IMG/VR virus record: IMGVR_UViG_3300032272_000067 | Location: 1 to 25,165 of that record | DNA: 25,165 bases | Source of the DNA: a virus | Taxonomy: Duplodnaviria; Caudoviricetes | Reading direction: 5' to 3' (one strand) | Shown here: in pieces, positions 25,083 to 25,165 of the stretch | Position numbering within the stretch: the first letter of the stretch is position 1 | How the letters are laid out: each line of letters opens with the position of its first letter | Position numbers and translations under genes: made by a program | Notes under the pieces: model-generated | The model's database searches: none | The model's input: only the letters and a program-made list of their open reading frames with translations | What the model was told of the DNA's origin: nothing

Positions 25083-25163
25083 CTAGACTGCCTCTTTCAT
25101 CAATACCCTAGACCAATGGTCACCATAGCCTACTTCAAGCACGTTCAGGGCAATGGTATTCGG
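25083..25163 (-). CDS. 3' end of an upstream gene (partial)
   Basis: Open from the window edge: ...PNTIALNVLEVGYGDHWSRVLMKEAV* ending at TAG 25085-25083. Confidence 0.4.
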   Translation of the reverse strand, partial: PNTIALNVLEVGYGDHWSRVLMKEAV

Positions 25164-25165
25164 AA

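Larger units (their letters stand above)
1..25165. mobile_element. Tailed phage (Caudoviricetes) genome segment: head/tail module plus accessory block
   Basis: Terminase-portal-adaptor-scaffold-capsid-tail gene order with tight TAATG/ATGA gene overlaps. No host housekeeping genes, integrase or att site visible, so free phage vs prophage cannot be decided. Confidence 0.95.

Noticed and set aside
1-25165. CRISPR array, tRNA/rRNA genes, stop-codon reassignment
   Set aside because: No regularly spaced repeats or cloverleaf seen by eye. Genes tile densely under the standard code and TAA, TAG and TGA all serve as stops.

Overview
This window is part of a tailed dsDNA phage (or prophage) genome of moderately high GC. 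Positions 166-21477 (+) are a nearly gap-free virion morphogenesis region. In order: lambda GpA-type terminase large subunit, portal, DnaT-like head-tail adaptor, scaffold, P22-coat-like major capsid protein, probable tail terminator and tail tube, four small proteins, a tail-assembly chaperone with a -1 frameshift at T TTT TTG, tail-associated proteins, a tandem paralog pair, a YadA-head-like fibre, Dit/gpM-like domains, a ~1000-aa Cys-rich tail-tip/hub protein and a small Cys-repeat protein. An HTH-HNH endonuclease gene is inserted in reverse orientation at 11300-11917. Positions 21459-25165 (-) are an oppositely transcribed accessory block with two near-consensus sigma70 promoters. It encodes a beta-helix-like protein, a HEXXH protein, a degenerate GIY-YIG/NUMOD1 protein, membrane proteins and an exported miniature papain-fold candidate. 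Most notable: one module reused in three structural proteins, no tape measure gene after the frameshifting chaperone, a perfect TTGACA-17-TATAAT promoter inside the tail genes, a promoter/inverted-repeat/terminator element at ~22700, a structured scaffold leader, and apparent GCGC and GAG/CTC avoidance. All family calls come from motif recognition by eye, not database searches.
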